Shown piece after piece: positions 8,905 to 17,694 of a stretch of 64,000 bases of DNA; within the stretch, counting starts at the first letter, position 1, and each line of letters starts with the position of its first letter. The DNA comes from an uncultured archaeon. GTDB lineage: Archaea > Aenigmatarchaeota > Aenigmatarchaeia > QMZP01 > JACQNV01. The notes under the pieces were generated by a model. That model was not told the origin of the DNA and did no database searches. It worked only from the letters and a program-made list of their open reading frames with translations. The DNA is taken from NCBI GenBank assembly GCA_964410585.1, contig CAYPFW010000001.1, positions 128,001 to 192,000 of the forward strand. The letters run 5' to 3'. A program made the translations under genes and the position numbers.

Positions 8905-9546
8905 TTATTCAGCATTTAATTTTTCAAGTAATGTTGGTAAATCTCTTATACTTTTCAGAATATAATCTGCCTGAGAGAAATCTTGGTCTTGTGTGTATCC
9001 ATGTGGAATAGCGACAGCTGTCATGCCTGCTGCTTTTGCAGCCTTTATACCAACAGTGTGGTCGTCGACAACTAAACACTCTTCTGGTTTTACGCCAAGC
9101 AAGTCAGCAACTGTTCTATATATTTCAGGATCTGGCTTTGGTTTTGAGACATCGCTTCCAGTAACAATTACATCGAATTTATCTCTTATCTTAAGCCTAT
9201 CCAAACAGTATGCAACATGCTCTTCTTTTGAATTGGATCCTAGACCTTTTTTTAATTGTATTGCATCTAATGTTTCTATTGCACCATCAATAGCTCTAAG
9301 CCTCTTTTCTAGGATATTTAGATATTCTTGTGTACCTTCTCTTCTAAAGCTCTCAAAGTCTAGTTTGCCTTTACTTCTAGCTAAAGCCGCTCTCACACCA
9401 CTACCTGTTTTTAACCACTCAGAAACATATTCTTCTTCTGTTATTTCAATTCCATGAGCTCTCAAAACTTTAGAGTAAGCATGATATTTTAATTTAGCAG
9501 TATCCACAATTATGTCGTCAAAATCAAAGATTATCGCTTTGAGCAT
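8905..9546 (-). CDS. HAD-superfamily phosphatase (beta-phosphoglucomutase-like)
   Basis: IFDFDD, KPKPDPEIY, VVDD, KAAGM. Confidence 0.9.
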   Translation of the reverse strand: MLKAIIFDFDDIIVDTAKLKYHAYSKVLRAHGIEITEEEYVSEWLKTGSGVRAALARSKGKLDFESFRREGTQEYLNILEKRLRAIDGAIETLDAIQLKKGLGSNSKEEHVAYCLDRLKIRDKFDVIVTGSDVSKPKPDPEIYRTVADLLGVKPEECLVVDDHTVGIKAAKAAGMTAVAIPHGYTQDQDFSQADYILKSIRDLPTLLEKLNAE

Positions 9547-9579
9547 ACTAAACATTTTATACTATCATTTAAGAATAAG

Positions 9580-10386
9580 TTATTTAGACAAATACTTTTT
9601 TAAATCCACAGAAAACCGTATTTTTCCACTGTTTACTAGATTTAGGATTTGGTAGAATTTTTGCTGGGATTTCCATTCATCTTTTTCTGTTTTTAGTACA
9701 TCTCTTATCATCTCTAAATCTCCTTTGTCTCTTAATATGTTCTTTTCTCCAAAAGTTTCCAAATCCCTCAAAACATTCTCAGGATATTTCACTGAACAGC
9801 AAATATCAAGAATGGGTCTCATCAAATTTTCTAAATCCTTGATTGATGTCATCACTCTATATTTGATTAAAATAGGAACACATGAAACAAAAATACTGTT
9901 GGCATTATGTCCTGCTGATTTGGTTATCTTTTTCACATTTTCCAAATCCTTAGAACTTGAAATAATACCTGAAGAAAAAAGAGATTTTAAGCCGTTTTGA
10001 AAAAGATCAAATGGGCTTTCAGATTGATTGAGTATACTAATTATTAGCTTCCAGTCAGAGATGCTTTTGATTGATGTAGACATGAATTCAAAATTAAAAA
10101 CTTGTTTTGGATCATATTCCCTATCTCCGAAATGTTTCTCTGTTATTGTCAATAAAAGATATCCGATGTTTGCTGTATTTTTCAAATCAGATGAGTTTTT
10201 TATCCAGCCTAAAGAAAAAAAATTAGGTATAATATAGTCTATAAGATCTTTTGAACGCTTATTTTTTATAATACTTTGAAGTGCTGTCCAATTTTTGTCT
10301 AAAAAATCTGTCAATTCAGGATATTTTTCTGGATCAAGTCCCAATTCAAGTAATTTTTGTTTTTTCTTGTCTTCAGCGGATACCAT
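9580..10386 (-). CDS. Hypothetical helical repeat protein
   Basis: Recurring units: LGWIKNSSDL, TSIKSISDW, SGIISSSKDL, YRVMTSIKDL, KNILRDKGDL. Confidence 0.7.
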   Translation of the reverse strand: MVSAEDKKKQKLLELGLDPEKYPELTDFLDKNWTALQSIIKNKRSKDLIDYIIPNFFSLGWIKNSSDLKNTANIGYLLLTITEKHFGDREYDPKQVFNFEFMSTSIKSISDWKLIISILNQSESPFDLFQNGLKSLFSSGIISSSKDLENVKKITKSAGHNANSIFVSCVPILIKYRVMTSIKDLENLMRPILDICCSVKYPENVLRDLETFGEKNILRDKGDLEMIRDVLKTEKDEWKSQQKFYQILNLVNSGKIRFSVDLKKYLSK

Positions 10387-10489
10387 ATAATATTGTCATT
10401 TTCCTATTAAAAAACAGAAATCCAATTGACTAGTGGTAAAAGCGAGGATTGTTTAAGATTTATAATACCTGTATGGATAGTAGTGGAAT

Positions 10490-10855
10490 ATGAGAATAAA
10501 AATTATCACTCCAAAATTTGAGACATTCGTAGAACTTGATCAAAAATCAGAATTAGCAAAAGAAATATACACAAAGCTCCCATTGGAAGGTGAAGCAAAT
10601 TTTTGGGGCGGGGAAATATATGTTGATGTTCCTTTTATGTTAGAAGGATATTTTGACAAGGACGAAGTTGAAGTTGGTGATTTTGCTTATTGGCCTAGAG
10701 GGCCTTCTGTATGCTTCTTTTTTGGTCCAACTGGCGGAAGTTTCACAGACAAACCAAGGCCACACTCACCTGTAGAAGTGATTGGAAAAATAAAAGATCC
10801 CTTGCTTTTCAAAAATCTGAAACCACTAGAAAAAATAGTTTTGGAAAGAGCCTAG
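10490..10855 (+). CDS. Cyclophilin-like fold protein (DUF369/TM1367-like)
   Basis: WGGEIY, GDFAYWPRG..CFFFGPT, SPVEVIGKI. Confidence 0.85.
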   Translation: MRIKIITPKFETFVELDQKSELAKEIYTKLPLEGEANFWGGEIYVDVPFMLEGYFDKDEVEVGDFAYWPRGPSVCFFFGPTGGSFTDKPRPHSPVEVIGKIKDPLLFKNLKPLEKIVLERA

Positions 10856-10876
10856 ATTAAGACAAAAACAATTTAA

Positions 10877-11104
10877 TTATTTAATGTACTTAAATCGAGG
10901 GATTTTTTTGCCATTAACTAAAACCTTTTCTTTAAACATTTTCAATGGCCTAATCCACATAGAGCCCTTTCCATATGTTCGGCATTCATATAGTGCCTCG
11001 TACACAACAAATTTTTGTAAAGTTTCGCTGTGAGATGCAACACATAAAACTTTGACAGTTCCACCTTTGTAATGTTGATATTTTCCTGTCTTTAGTTTCT
11101 TCAT
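10877..11104 (-). CDS. DUF1653-family protein
   Basis: GKYQHYKG, HSET, VVYEALY, WIRPLKMF, PRF. Confidence 0.9.
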   Translation of the reverse strand: MKKLKTGKYQHYKGGTVKVLCVASHSETLQKFVVYEALYECRTYGKGSMWIRPLKMFKEKVLVNGKKIPRFKYIK

Positions 11105-11207
11105 AAGTATAGAATGCTACGAAAATTAATCTTTGAAAACGCTTGTAATGTGTATTACAATATTATAGCTTATACTGTATAAATGTTTCCAGAAATAAAC
11201 TTATAGA

Positions 11208-11819
11208 TTACCTGTGATTTGCTAATATTTTTTCAACCTTTTCCCAATTAACAATGTTCCACCAAGCTTGAATATAGTCAGCTCGCTTGTTTTGGTATTT
11301 CAAGTAGTATGCATGTTCCCACACATCCAATGTCAGAAGAGGTGTCTTACCTTCTGTTAGCGGTGAATCTTGGTTAGCTGTGCTTTCAATTTGAAGTTTT
11401 CCATCTTTTAGTGTGAGCCAAGCCCAACCTGAACCAAATCTACCCATCCCTGCTGCTGAAAACAACTCCTTGAATTTTTCAAAGGAGCCGAATGTTGAAT
11501 TTATTTTTTCTAGAAGATGTCCAGACGGTTGATCTCTAGCCTTTGGCCTCATTAATGTCCAAAATAGAGAGTGATTTTCATGTCCACCACCGTTGTTTCT
11601 TACAGCTGTTCTAATAGTCTCTGGTACAGAGTTCAAATGTGATAGTAATTCTTCAACAGTTTTTTTCTGTAAATCAGAATGGTCTTTCAGTGCAGTGTTT
11701 AAATTGTTAACATATGCTTGATGATGTTTATCATGGTGTATCTTCATTGTTTGTTCGTCGATAAATGGCTCTAAGGCATTATAGTCATATGGTAAGTCTG
11801 GTAATTTGTGTTCTGTCAT
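11208..11819 (-). CDS. sod: Fe/Mn superoxide dismutase
   Basis: [37 protein letters not shown]. Confidence 0.97.
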   Translation of the reverse strand: MTEHKLPDLPYDYNALEPFIDEQTMKIHHDKHHQAYVNNLNTALKDHSDLQKKTVEELLSHLNSVPETIRTAVRNNGGGHENHSLFWTLMRPKARDQPSGHLLEKINSTFGSFEKFKELFSAAGMGRFGSGWAWLTLKDGKLQIESTANQDSPLTEGKTPLLTLDVWEHAYYLKYQNKRADYIQAWWNIVNWEKVEKILANHR

Positions 11820-11847
11820 AAAATCCCTCCTACTACCTTATAGAATA

Positions 11848-12354
11848 TTACTTGGATTTAAATTGTTTTAATTGAACTGGAATTGGTTCAATAAGTTCTT
11901 TGGATCGAGTCAAATATTTTGCGGTCCACTTTCTGGACTTTCTTTTTAGATTTAAAGGAAGCTTGGAATATGGAACAATGACTCTTCTGCAGTTTTCTGA
12001 TTTGCAAAAACATTTCATATCCCAAGAAGGAAATTCTGTGAAAAGCGAGTAGTCGGCTGTGATTTCTTCTCCCGGTTTTATTGTCTTCCTTGCAAAAAGA
12101 GCTTTTCCATTTACAAAAGAATTTGGATTGCAGGAATGGTTCAAATAAAAACCAAGCGAGTATCTTTTTGGCTCCAAGAACATGTGTTTGGAATATTGAA
12201 TTCCTCTGTGGCTAAGCCTTCTGTCTGTGTCTTTTATTTTTGTTCCAACAAGATCAACTATTTTTTCCCCGGTTGTATAGGCCTTTGTTGAAAAGAATCC
12301 ACATCCATCGTTTTTGGACACTTTAACTATGAAATCACCAATTATTTTATTCAT
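11848..12354 (-). CDS. SET-domain lysine methyltransferase with post-SET Zn motif
   Basis: GCGFF, LNHSCNPN, GEEITADY, CFCKSENCR. Confidence 0.9.
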   Translation of the reverse strand: MNKIIGDFIVKVSKNDGCGFFSTKAYTTGEKIVDLVGTKIKDTDRRLSHRGIQYSKHMFLEPKRYSLGFYLNHSCNPNSFVNGKALFARKTIKPGEEITADYSLFTEFPSWDMKCFCKSENCRRVIVPYSKLPLNLKRKSRKWTAKYLTRSKELIEPIPVQLKQFKSK

Positions 12355-12393
12355 CAAATAATTAAACCTACCTATGCTTAAATATTAAAATGG

Positions 12394-12442
12394 AGCTAGC
12401 CTTTCTTTTAGAAAAAGAAAGTCTACCGTACTCAAAGAAAAC
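12394..12442 (-). repeat. Family A repeat, copy A2
   Basis: Plus strand AGCTAGCCTTTCTTTTAGAAAAAGAAAGTCTACCGTACTCAAAGAAAAC is the reverse complement of the A1 pattern. Confidence 0.9.
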
Positions 12443-12451
12443 AATTTACAT

Positions 12452-12748
12452 ATGATAAAGATTCAAATACCAGAATCTGGAAAATTCAAATTCGTTTTGG
12501 TTAGACAAAAAAACAACTATTTTATTTTCGGAGATTTTCTTCCATACCATTCAGATTTGTTCGATAAATTTTTGCAACTAAATCCAGGAGATTTTGAAGT
12601 CCAAGGCGGCGGAAAAGTGGAAATAGAAGAAGGAAAAATCAAAGTTTTTGGGAAAAGCGACAACTACGGACCATTTGACAGAAAAATTGTAAAACAACTT
12701 ATGGAGAAGTATTGCAGAGAAAGGGGACTGAAATTAGAAATTAAGTAG
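12452..12748 (+). CDS. Janus/Ocnus-family (PHPT1-like) phosphohistidine phosphatase homolog
   Basis: GKFKFVL, YHSDLFDK, GGGKV, KIKVFGKSDNYGP parallel PHPT1 GVFKYVL, YHADIYDK, GGGRI, KIHVYGYSMAYGP. Confidence 0.8.
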   Translation: MIKIQIPESGKFKFVLVRQKNNYFIFGDFLPYHSDLFDKFLQLNPGDFEVQGGGKVEIEEGKIKVFGKSDNYGPFDRKIVKQLMEKYCRERGLKLEIK

Positions 12749-13678
12749 CTATTTTTCAGCTTCCAAAAACTTTTCAGCATCCATCGCAGCCATGCATCCT
12801 GTTCCTGCTGATGTTATAGCTTGTCTATATACATGATCTTGGACATCTCCAGCAGCAAACACACCTGGAACGCTTGTTTTCACACCTTTTGTGACTATGT
12901 ATCCTTTTTCATCTATCTCAAGTTTTCCTTTGAAAAGTTCTGTATTTGGTGTATGGCCAATTGCAACAAAAACGCCGTCTGTTTTTAGTTCAGAAATCTT
13001 TCCTGTTTTCAGATTTTTTATTTTCACTCCAGTGACCTTTTTTTGCTTAATGTCCAAAATATCTTCTACTGCTGTGTCCCAAACAAAATTGATTTTTTTG
13101 TTGGCAAAGGCTCTGTCTTGCATGATTTTAGATGCTCTCAATTTGTCTCTTCTGTGTATGACAGTAACCTTTGTTGCAAATCTCGTTAAGAAAGTAGCTT
13201 CTTCTAAGGCTGAATCGCCACCGCCTACAACGACAACTTCTTTTCCATTGAAAAATGCTCCGTCACATGTAGCACAAGTTGAGACGCCTGTTCCCATGAA
13301 GGCTTCTTCTGATTTCAAACCAAGCATTTTTGCTTTAGCTCCCGTTGAAATTATGATTGTTTTTGCCTTGTAAACTTCTTTCCCAACTTTGATAGCGAAA
13401 GGCCTTTTTTTGAAATCAATTTCTGTTACATCTTCTGTTATAAATTCTGCTCCGAATTTTTCAGCATGTTTCCTAAATTTTCCTATAATTTCAAAGCCAC
13501 TAATTGATTCAAAACCAGGAAAATTTTCAATGTTACTTGTCCACATCAATTGCCCGCCTGCTTCTTGGGACCTTCCTTCTATGACTAAAGGTTTTAGATT
13601 TGCCCTTGAAGAATAGAGTGCTGCAGTGAGTCCGGAGGGGCCACCACCTATAATAATAACATTTCTTATTTCTGCCAT
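12749..13678 (-). CDS. trxB: Thioredoxin-disulfide reductase
   Basis: GGGPSG, CATCDG, GGGDSA, HRRD, FAAGDV; start MAEIRN at 13678. Confidence 0.97.
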   Translation of the reverse strand: MAEIRNVIIIGGGPSGLTAALYSSRANLKPLVIEGRSQEAGGQLMWTSNIENFPGFESISGFEIIGKFRKHAEKFGAEFITEDVTEIDFKKRPFAIKVGKEVYKAKTIIISTGAKAKMLGLKSEEAFMGTGVSTCATCDGAFFNGKEVVVVGGGDSALEEATFLTRFATKVTVIHRRDKLRASKIMQDRAFANKKINFVWDTAVEDILDIKQKKVTGVKIKNLKTGKISELKTDGVFVAIGHTPNTELFKGKLEIDEKGYIVTKGVKTSVPGVFAAGDVQDHVYRQAITSAGTGCMAAMDAEKFLEAEK

Positions 13679-13755
13679 ATTGAAACTATTTTGTCTGGTT
13701 CTCTTATATAGATATATTTTAACTAGAACCAATTATATAATATATTGTAAATCCC

Positions 13756-13804
13756 TTTCTTTGGGGTACGGTATACTTTTCTTTCGGAAAAGAAAAGGAT
13801 AGCT
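13756..13804 (+). repeat. Family A repeat, copy A3
   Basis: TTTCTTTGGGGTACGGTATACTTTTCTTTCGGAAAAGAAAAGGATAGCT. Confidence 0.9.
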
Positions 13805-13807
13805 TAT

Positions 13808-14611
13808 ATGGATGCTCAAGTGAAAAGGTTTGTTTCTGGAGAAAGGCTTGGTGATGCAGTTTCTAGGGCAAAAAAACTAAACAAACAAGGGATAAACTCT
13901 ATAATAAGTCATTTGAGTGAAAACGTAAAAATTAAAAAACAGGCAACTGAGAACGCTTTTTTATATTTAGAAATAATTGACCAAATATCAAAAAATAAAT
14001 TGTCTTCTTCCATCTGTCTAAAACCTTCTCAAATTGGTCTGTTGATCGAACAACCTTTTTGTGGAAGTAATATCCAAAAAATACTTAAAGTTGCATCTAA
14101 AAATAATGTCTTTGTTTGGATTGATACAGAAGACCAAAAGCACGCAAAAAAATCTTTGAATATTTTCAAAAACTTTTCAAAGTCGTATGAAAATATGGGG
14201 ATAGTAATCCATGCAAGCATGCTGGGAACAGGGGAAATTCTCGAAGGTTTAATAAAACAAAATGCAAGAATAGCAATAACAAAAGGAATTGAAGAAAGAA
14301 CAGAAAACACATTCAAAACAGACTTTCAAATTAATTTGAATTATTTAAAGCTAATGAATACACTTTTTGAAAAGTCAGATAAGTTTGCGATTTCAACAAC
14401 TGATTTCAAAATGATAAAACATGCAGATAATCTCCAACACAGATATAAAAGAAGCTTTGAGTTCCAATTTTTAATGGGCGTGAGACCCAAACTTGAAATA
14501 AATTTAGTAAGGTCTGGATATATTGTTTCAGAGCATGTTCCTTTTGGGCATGATTGGAAAGATTATTATGAAAAAAGAATAAGAGAGCAAAATTTACATA
14601 TACTTGAATAG
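13808..14611 (+). CDS. Proline dehydrogenase-like protein, degenerate
   Basis: KRFVSGE, LKPSQIG, WIDTED, FEFQFLMG, VPFG.DW; canonical QAYL, KGAY, ATHD and RR motifs altered. Confidence 0.8.
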   Translation: MDAQVKRFVSGERLGDAVSRAKKLNKQGINSIISHLSENVKIKKQATENAFLYLEIIDQISKNKLSSSICLKPSQIGLLIEQPFCGSNIQKILKVASKNNVFVWIDTEDQKHAKKSLNIFKNFSKSYENMGIVIHASMLGTGEILEGLIKQNARIAITKGIEERTENTFKTDFQINLNYLKLMNTLFEKSDKFAISTTDFKMIKHADNLQHRYKRSFEFQFLMGVRPKLEINLVRSGYIVSEHVPFGHDWKDYYEKRIREQNLHILE

Positions 14612-14623
14612 AAAAAAACCGCG

Positions 14624-15136
14624 ATGATATCGCGGACAATTATTATGACATACCTAACTTTGGCTTGTGTTGTTTCATTTGTGGCAGCTTTTTTAGCTTT
14701 TGCTTCAATCTTTCTAATTTTTTCAGGCAACTTATTTTTGGCAAGCTTACTTTTGATAGTTTGTGTGATTTTAGATTTTTTAGATGGTAAAGTTGCAAGG
14801 CTGATGAACCAAGCATCTGATTTTGGTAAACAAATAGATTCGCTTGTTGATGTTTTGTGCTTCGGCGTAGCACCTGCTCTATTACTTGCTTCTACTTTAA
14901 TTCTCCCCTGGAATTTCTTGCCATTTTTAATTGTTTTGGGTGGAATTTATAGACTTGCAAGATATAATGTTGAAAATCAAAATACACACTTTAAGGGCAT
15001 GCCAATTACTGCCAATGGTTTGATTGTACCAATTTTCTACTTGTCGGGTTTTTTGAACATGTACACAAGTATGGGCCTTTCGATTGTTTTGTTTGTTTTG
15101 ATGGTGAGCACCCTGAGAATAAAAAAGATTTTTTAG
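14624..15136 (+). CDS. CDP-alcohol phosphatidyltransferase (PssA/archaetidylserine synthase-like)
   Basis: DFLDGKVAR...GKQIDSLVD, RLARYN, FKGMP. Confidence 0.9.
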   Translation: MISRTIIMTYLTLACVVSFVAAFLAFASIFLIFSGNLFLASLLLIVCVILDFLDGKVARLMNQASDFGKQIDSLVDVLCFGVAPALLLASTLILPWNFLPFLIVLGGIYRLARYNVENQNTHFKGMPITANGLIVPIFYLSGFLNMYTSMGLSIVLFVLMVSTLRIKKIF

Positions 15137-15205
15137 AAAACAACAAGAATTTATTGTTGATCATACATAATTAGACTATAATATCAAGGAGTTGTGTTTG
15201 TGTTT

Positions 15206-16120
15206 ATGGAATCTAGTGAAAAAATAGTTGTTTTAGATTTATCTAATAGAGGAAAGATAGAGGTAAAAGGTGAGGATGCACAAGAATTTCTCCAAAATAT
15301 TTCTTCAAACGATGTAAGAGTTTCGCCTGGAAAATCAGTTAAATCTGCCTTTTTAGATAAATTTGGAAAGCTGATAGGAATAATCTGCATACACAAACCA
15401 AAAGACCAATATGGATTTATTTTAGATGCAGATGTTTTAGCAACGCCAAAAATTGTCGATTACCTTCAATCTCAAGCCAAATTAACAAAATCCTCAATAG
15501 AAAACATAACATATAAACAAGGAATAATCCATATTTCTGGATCAAAGGCCGACTATTTGTTAGACGAATTAGAAGCCAAAGTAGACATGAAAGAGCTTAT
15601 TGTTTCAAGAAATGATAGGTTTTCAAAAACAGGCGATGTGGTCCATGGATTTGATATTTTCCTACCTGTTTTAAAAATTAGAAATGTTTTTGAGTCAATA
15701 ATGTCTTCTCCATTTAAACCTGTTTTTATTAAGCCGGAAGAATATGAGCCTTTGCGTGTTTTGAAAGGAATTCCGGAATTTGGAAAGGACTATGATGAAG
15801 AATACACGATAATGGAAGTTGGGACAGATGATTGCGTTTCATATAATAAGGGTTGTTTTGTTGGTCAAGAAGTTGTCGCAAGAATGAAAGCATATAATGG
15901 CGAAATACCACAAAAAATTGTCAAATTAAAGTCAGAGAAAAAAATTGAAAAAGGATCCAAATTGTACAAAATAACAGATAAAAGAAATGATGCGGGAAAA
16001 ATAACAAGTATGGTTGATTTTAAAGGCGAGTATTTCTATCTTGCAACTGTCAAAAAACCGTTTTATACAAAAGGAGAACAAGTAGAAGATACGATGGGAA
16101 AGAAGCTTACTGTTCTCTAA
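15206..16120 (+). CDS. YgfZ/GcvT-family folate-binding protein
   Basis: G.DA..FLQ, KGCFVGQEVVAR. Confidence 0.9.
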   Translation: MESSEKIVVLDLSNRGKIEVKGEDAQEFLQNISSNDVRVSPGKSVKSAFLDKFGKLIGIICIHKPKDQYGFILDADVLATPKIVDYLQSQAKLTKSSIENITYKQGIIHISGSKADYLLDELEAKVDMKELIVSRNDRFSKTGDVVHGFDIFLPVLKIRNVFESIMSSPFKPVFIKPEEYEPLRVLKGIPEFGKDYDEEYTIMEVGTDDCVSYNKGCFVGQEVVARMKAYNGEIPQKIVKLKSEKKIEKGSKLYKITDKRNDAGKITSMVDFKGEYFYLATVKKPFYTKGEQVEDTMGKKLTVL

Positions 16121-16124
16121 TTTA

Positions 16125-17573
16125 TTATTTTCTTAATTGAGATAATCTTGGTCTCCAAGTATCTATACACTCTGTTCCCAAATAGCTCAGGTCTCTCAAT
16201 GCTGTGTGTATAGTATTTTCTAAGAAACGATATATTCCACCTTCGCTTGGTAACCTAAGCCTTCTTGCAAGTTGCAAAGCCGAAAATCCATACTCAAAAG
16301 CTTTTTCATAATACATTTCCCTTTCTTTTAATTCACACTCAAAATCTGTGAGCTGCCTACATGCAAAAGATGCCTGGTGATATGCAATAGCTAAAGATCG
16401 TGAATCTGGTTTTGCCTTATCAGAGATGTCCAAGCCTCGCTTTCTAGCATCCAAAGAATTAAGCCACCAAAGTTTTTGTCGGCTTATTTTAGCAACTTCT
16501 CCGGCAGAATTTGCTGCGAAATTATAGTTTTTAAAAGCTTGTTGAGGAGAATCTTCCTCAAATATACGTCCAGCATTCATGTTATATTCATATGAGTGTT
16601 CTGCCCATAAAATTGCTTCTGAGCGAGTTCTTGCAATTTTAAATAAAGAATATGTGTCGGAGCCTAAAGATCCTAAAGTATGTGCTTTATCTGTTGGTGT
16701 TGGTGAAGAATGAAGGAGTTTATAATCTATCTCAAGTGCTTGATGAAACCAATATCTTTTAGTACCAATATCGTTAGACTCTTGTGCTATTTTAACTGCA
16801 GTTCTGGCAGAAACATACAATGATATTCTTTTATATTTCGGTTCCTTCGATGAAGCTGCAGCCTTTCTACTACAGTCATATGACTTCATTAGCCAAAGCT
16901 CTCTATCTTTTGTCTTTGAATCTTGTGCGATTTTGGTAGCTGTTGAGGCTGCATTTTTGAAATTTAAAGATGCAAATCTGTTTCCTGTTCTTTCATTCAA
17001 TTGACCTAAACACATTTCGAGATCAAATAAAGTTTCATCAAAGCATGGATTTTCATCTGAAAGACTTTTTGCAACTTTTAGAGCGTTTGCAATTGAACCA
17101 GCTGAAACACTGGGATCGATTTCTGGAGCTTCAATGTCGAGTTCTGCTGCATGTTGTATGGCTCTTTTTCCCCATTTGATTCTCCTTTCTCCTGTAGACG
17201 ATCTTCTAAAAATTTCAGACGATATTCTAGCTAGCCTACCGGCAGCTATAACTGTTTGTCTAACATCTTGTATATCAGCAAAAAGTAGATCTTCTTGATT
17301 TCTGTAAAGCTCTTCTAACCAATAAGTTTCGTTTCCATTTAATGAATCCAATTTTTCACCACATTTACTTGCACAGATAAGAGCAATTCGTGTTATGGCG
17401 TGATGTCCGTAATGACGATGTGCTATATCTCTAAATTCAGCAAAAAGCATTCTTAATTGTGGATCCTTTTCTTCTGGACTCAAATCATCTATAGAATCAA
17501 GCCTGTGCTGAGCTTCTTGTAACTCTGGAACATGATACCAACCCCTTTTAGAAATTTGAGATGTTTTTTCCAT
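16125..17573 (-). CDS. Hypothetical alpha-helical (TPR-like) protein
   Basis: Repeated A..A.KIA...W..A helices; SD-like GGGGG upstream of ATG at 17573. Confidence 0.7.
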   Translation of the reverse strand: MEKTSQISKRGWYHVPELQEAQHRLDSIDDLSPEEKDPQLRMLFAEFRDIAHRHYGHHAITRIALICASKCGEKLDSLNGNETYWLEELYRNQEDLLFADIQDVRQTVIAAGRLARISSEIFRRSSTGERRIKWGKRAIQHAAELDIEAPEIDPSVSAGSIANALKVAKSLSDENPCFDETLFDLEMCLGQLNERTGNRFASLNFKNAASTATKIAQDSKTKDRELWLMKSYDCSRKAAASSKEPKYKRISLYVSARTAVKIAQESNDIGTKRYWFHQALEIDYKLLHSSPTPTDKAHTLGSLGSDTYSLFKIARTRSEAILWAEHSYEYNMNAGRIFEEDSPQQAFKNYNFAANSAGEVAKISRQKLWWLNSLDARKRGLDISDKAKPDSRSLAIAYHQASFACRQLTDFECELKEREMYYEKAFEYGFSALQLARRLRLPSEGGIYRFLENTIHTALRDLSYLGTECIDTWRPRLSQLRK

Positions 17574-17694
17574 TAAACCCCCACTATAGAAGCAATATTG
17601 TGTAGTAAAAAATAAATGCTTAATTTGACTAAAATATAACACCGTTATTAATGGAAAAACCTATTTAAATACCCAACATAATTATAACCAGATA

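Noticed and set aside
11143-11160. Palindrome TTGTAAT-GTGT-ATTACAA between DUF1653 and sod
   Set aside because: Single short AT-rich instance with no adjacent regulator; it could be an operator relic but is unsupported.
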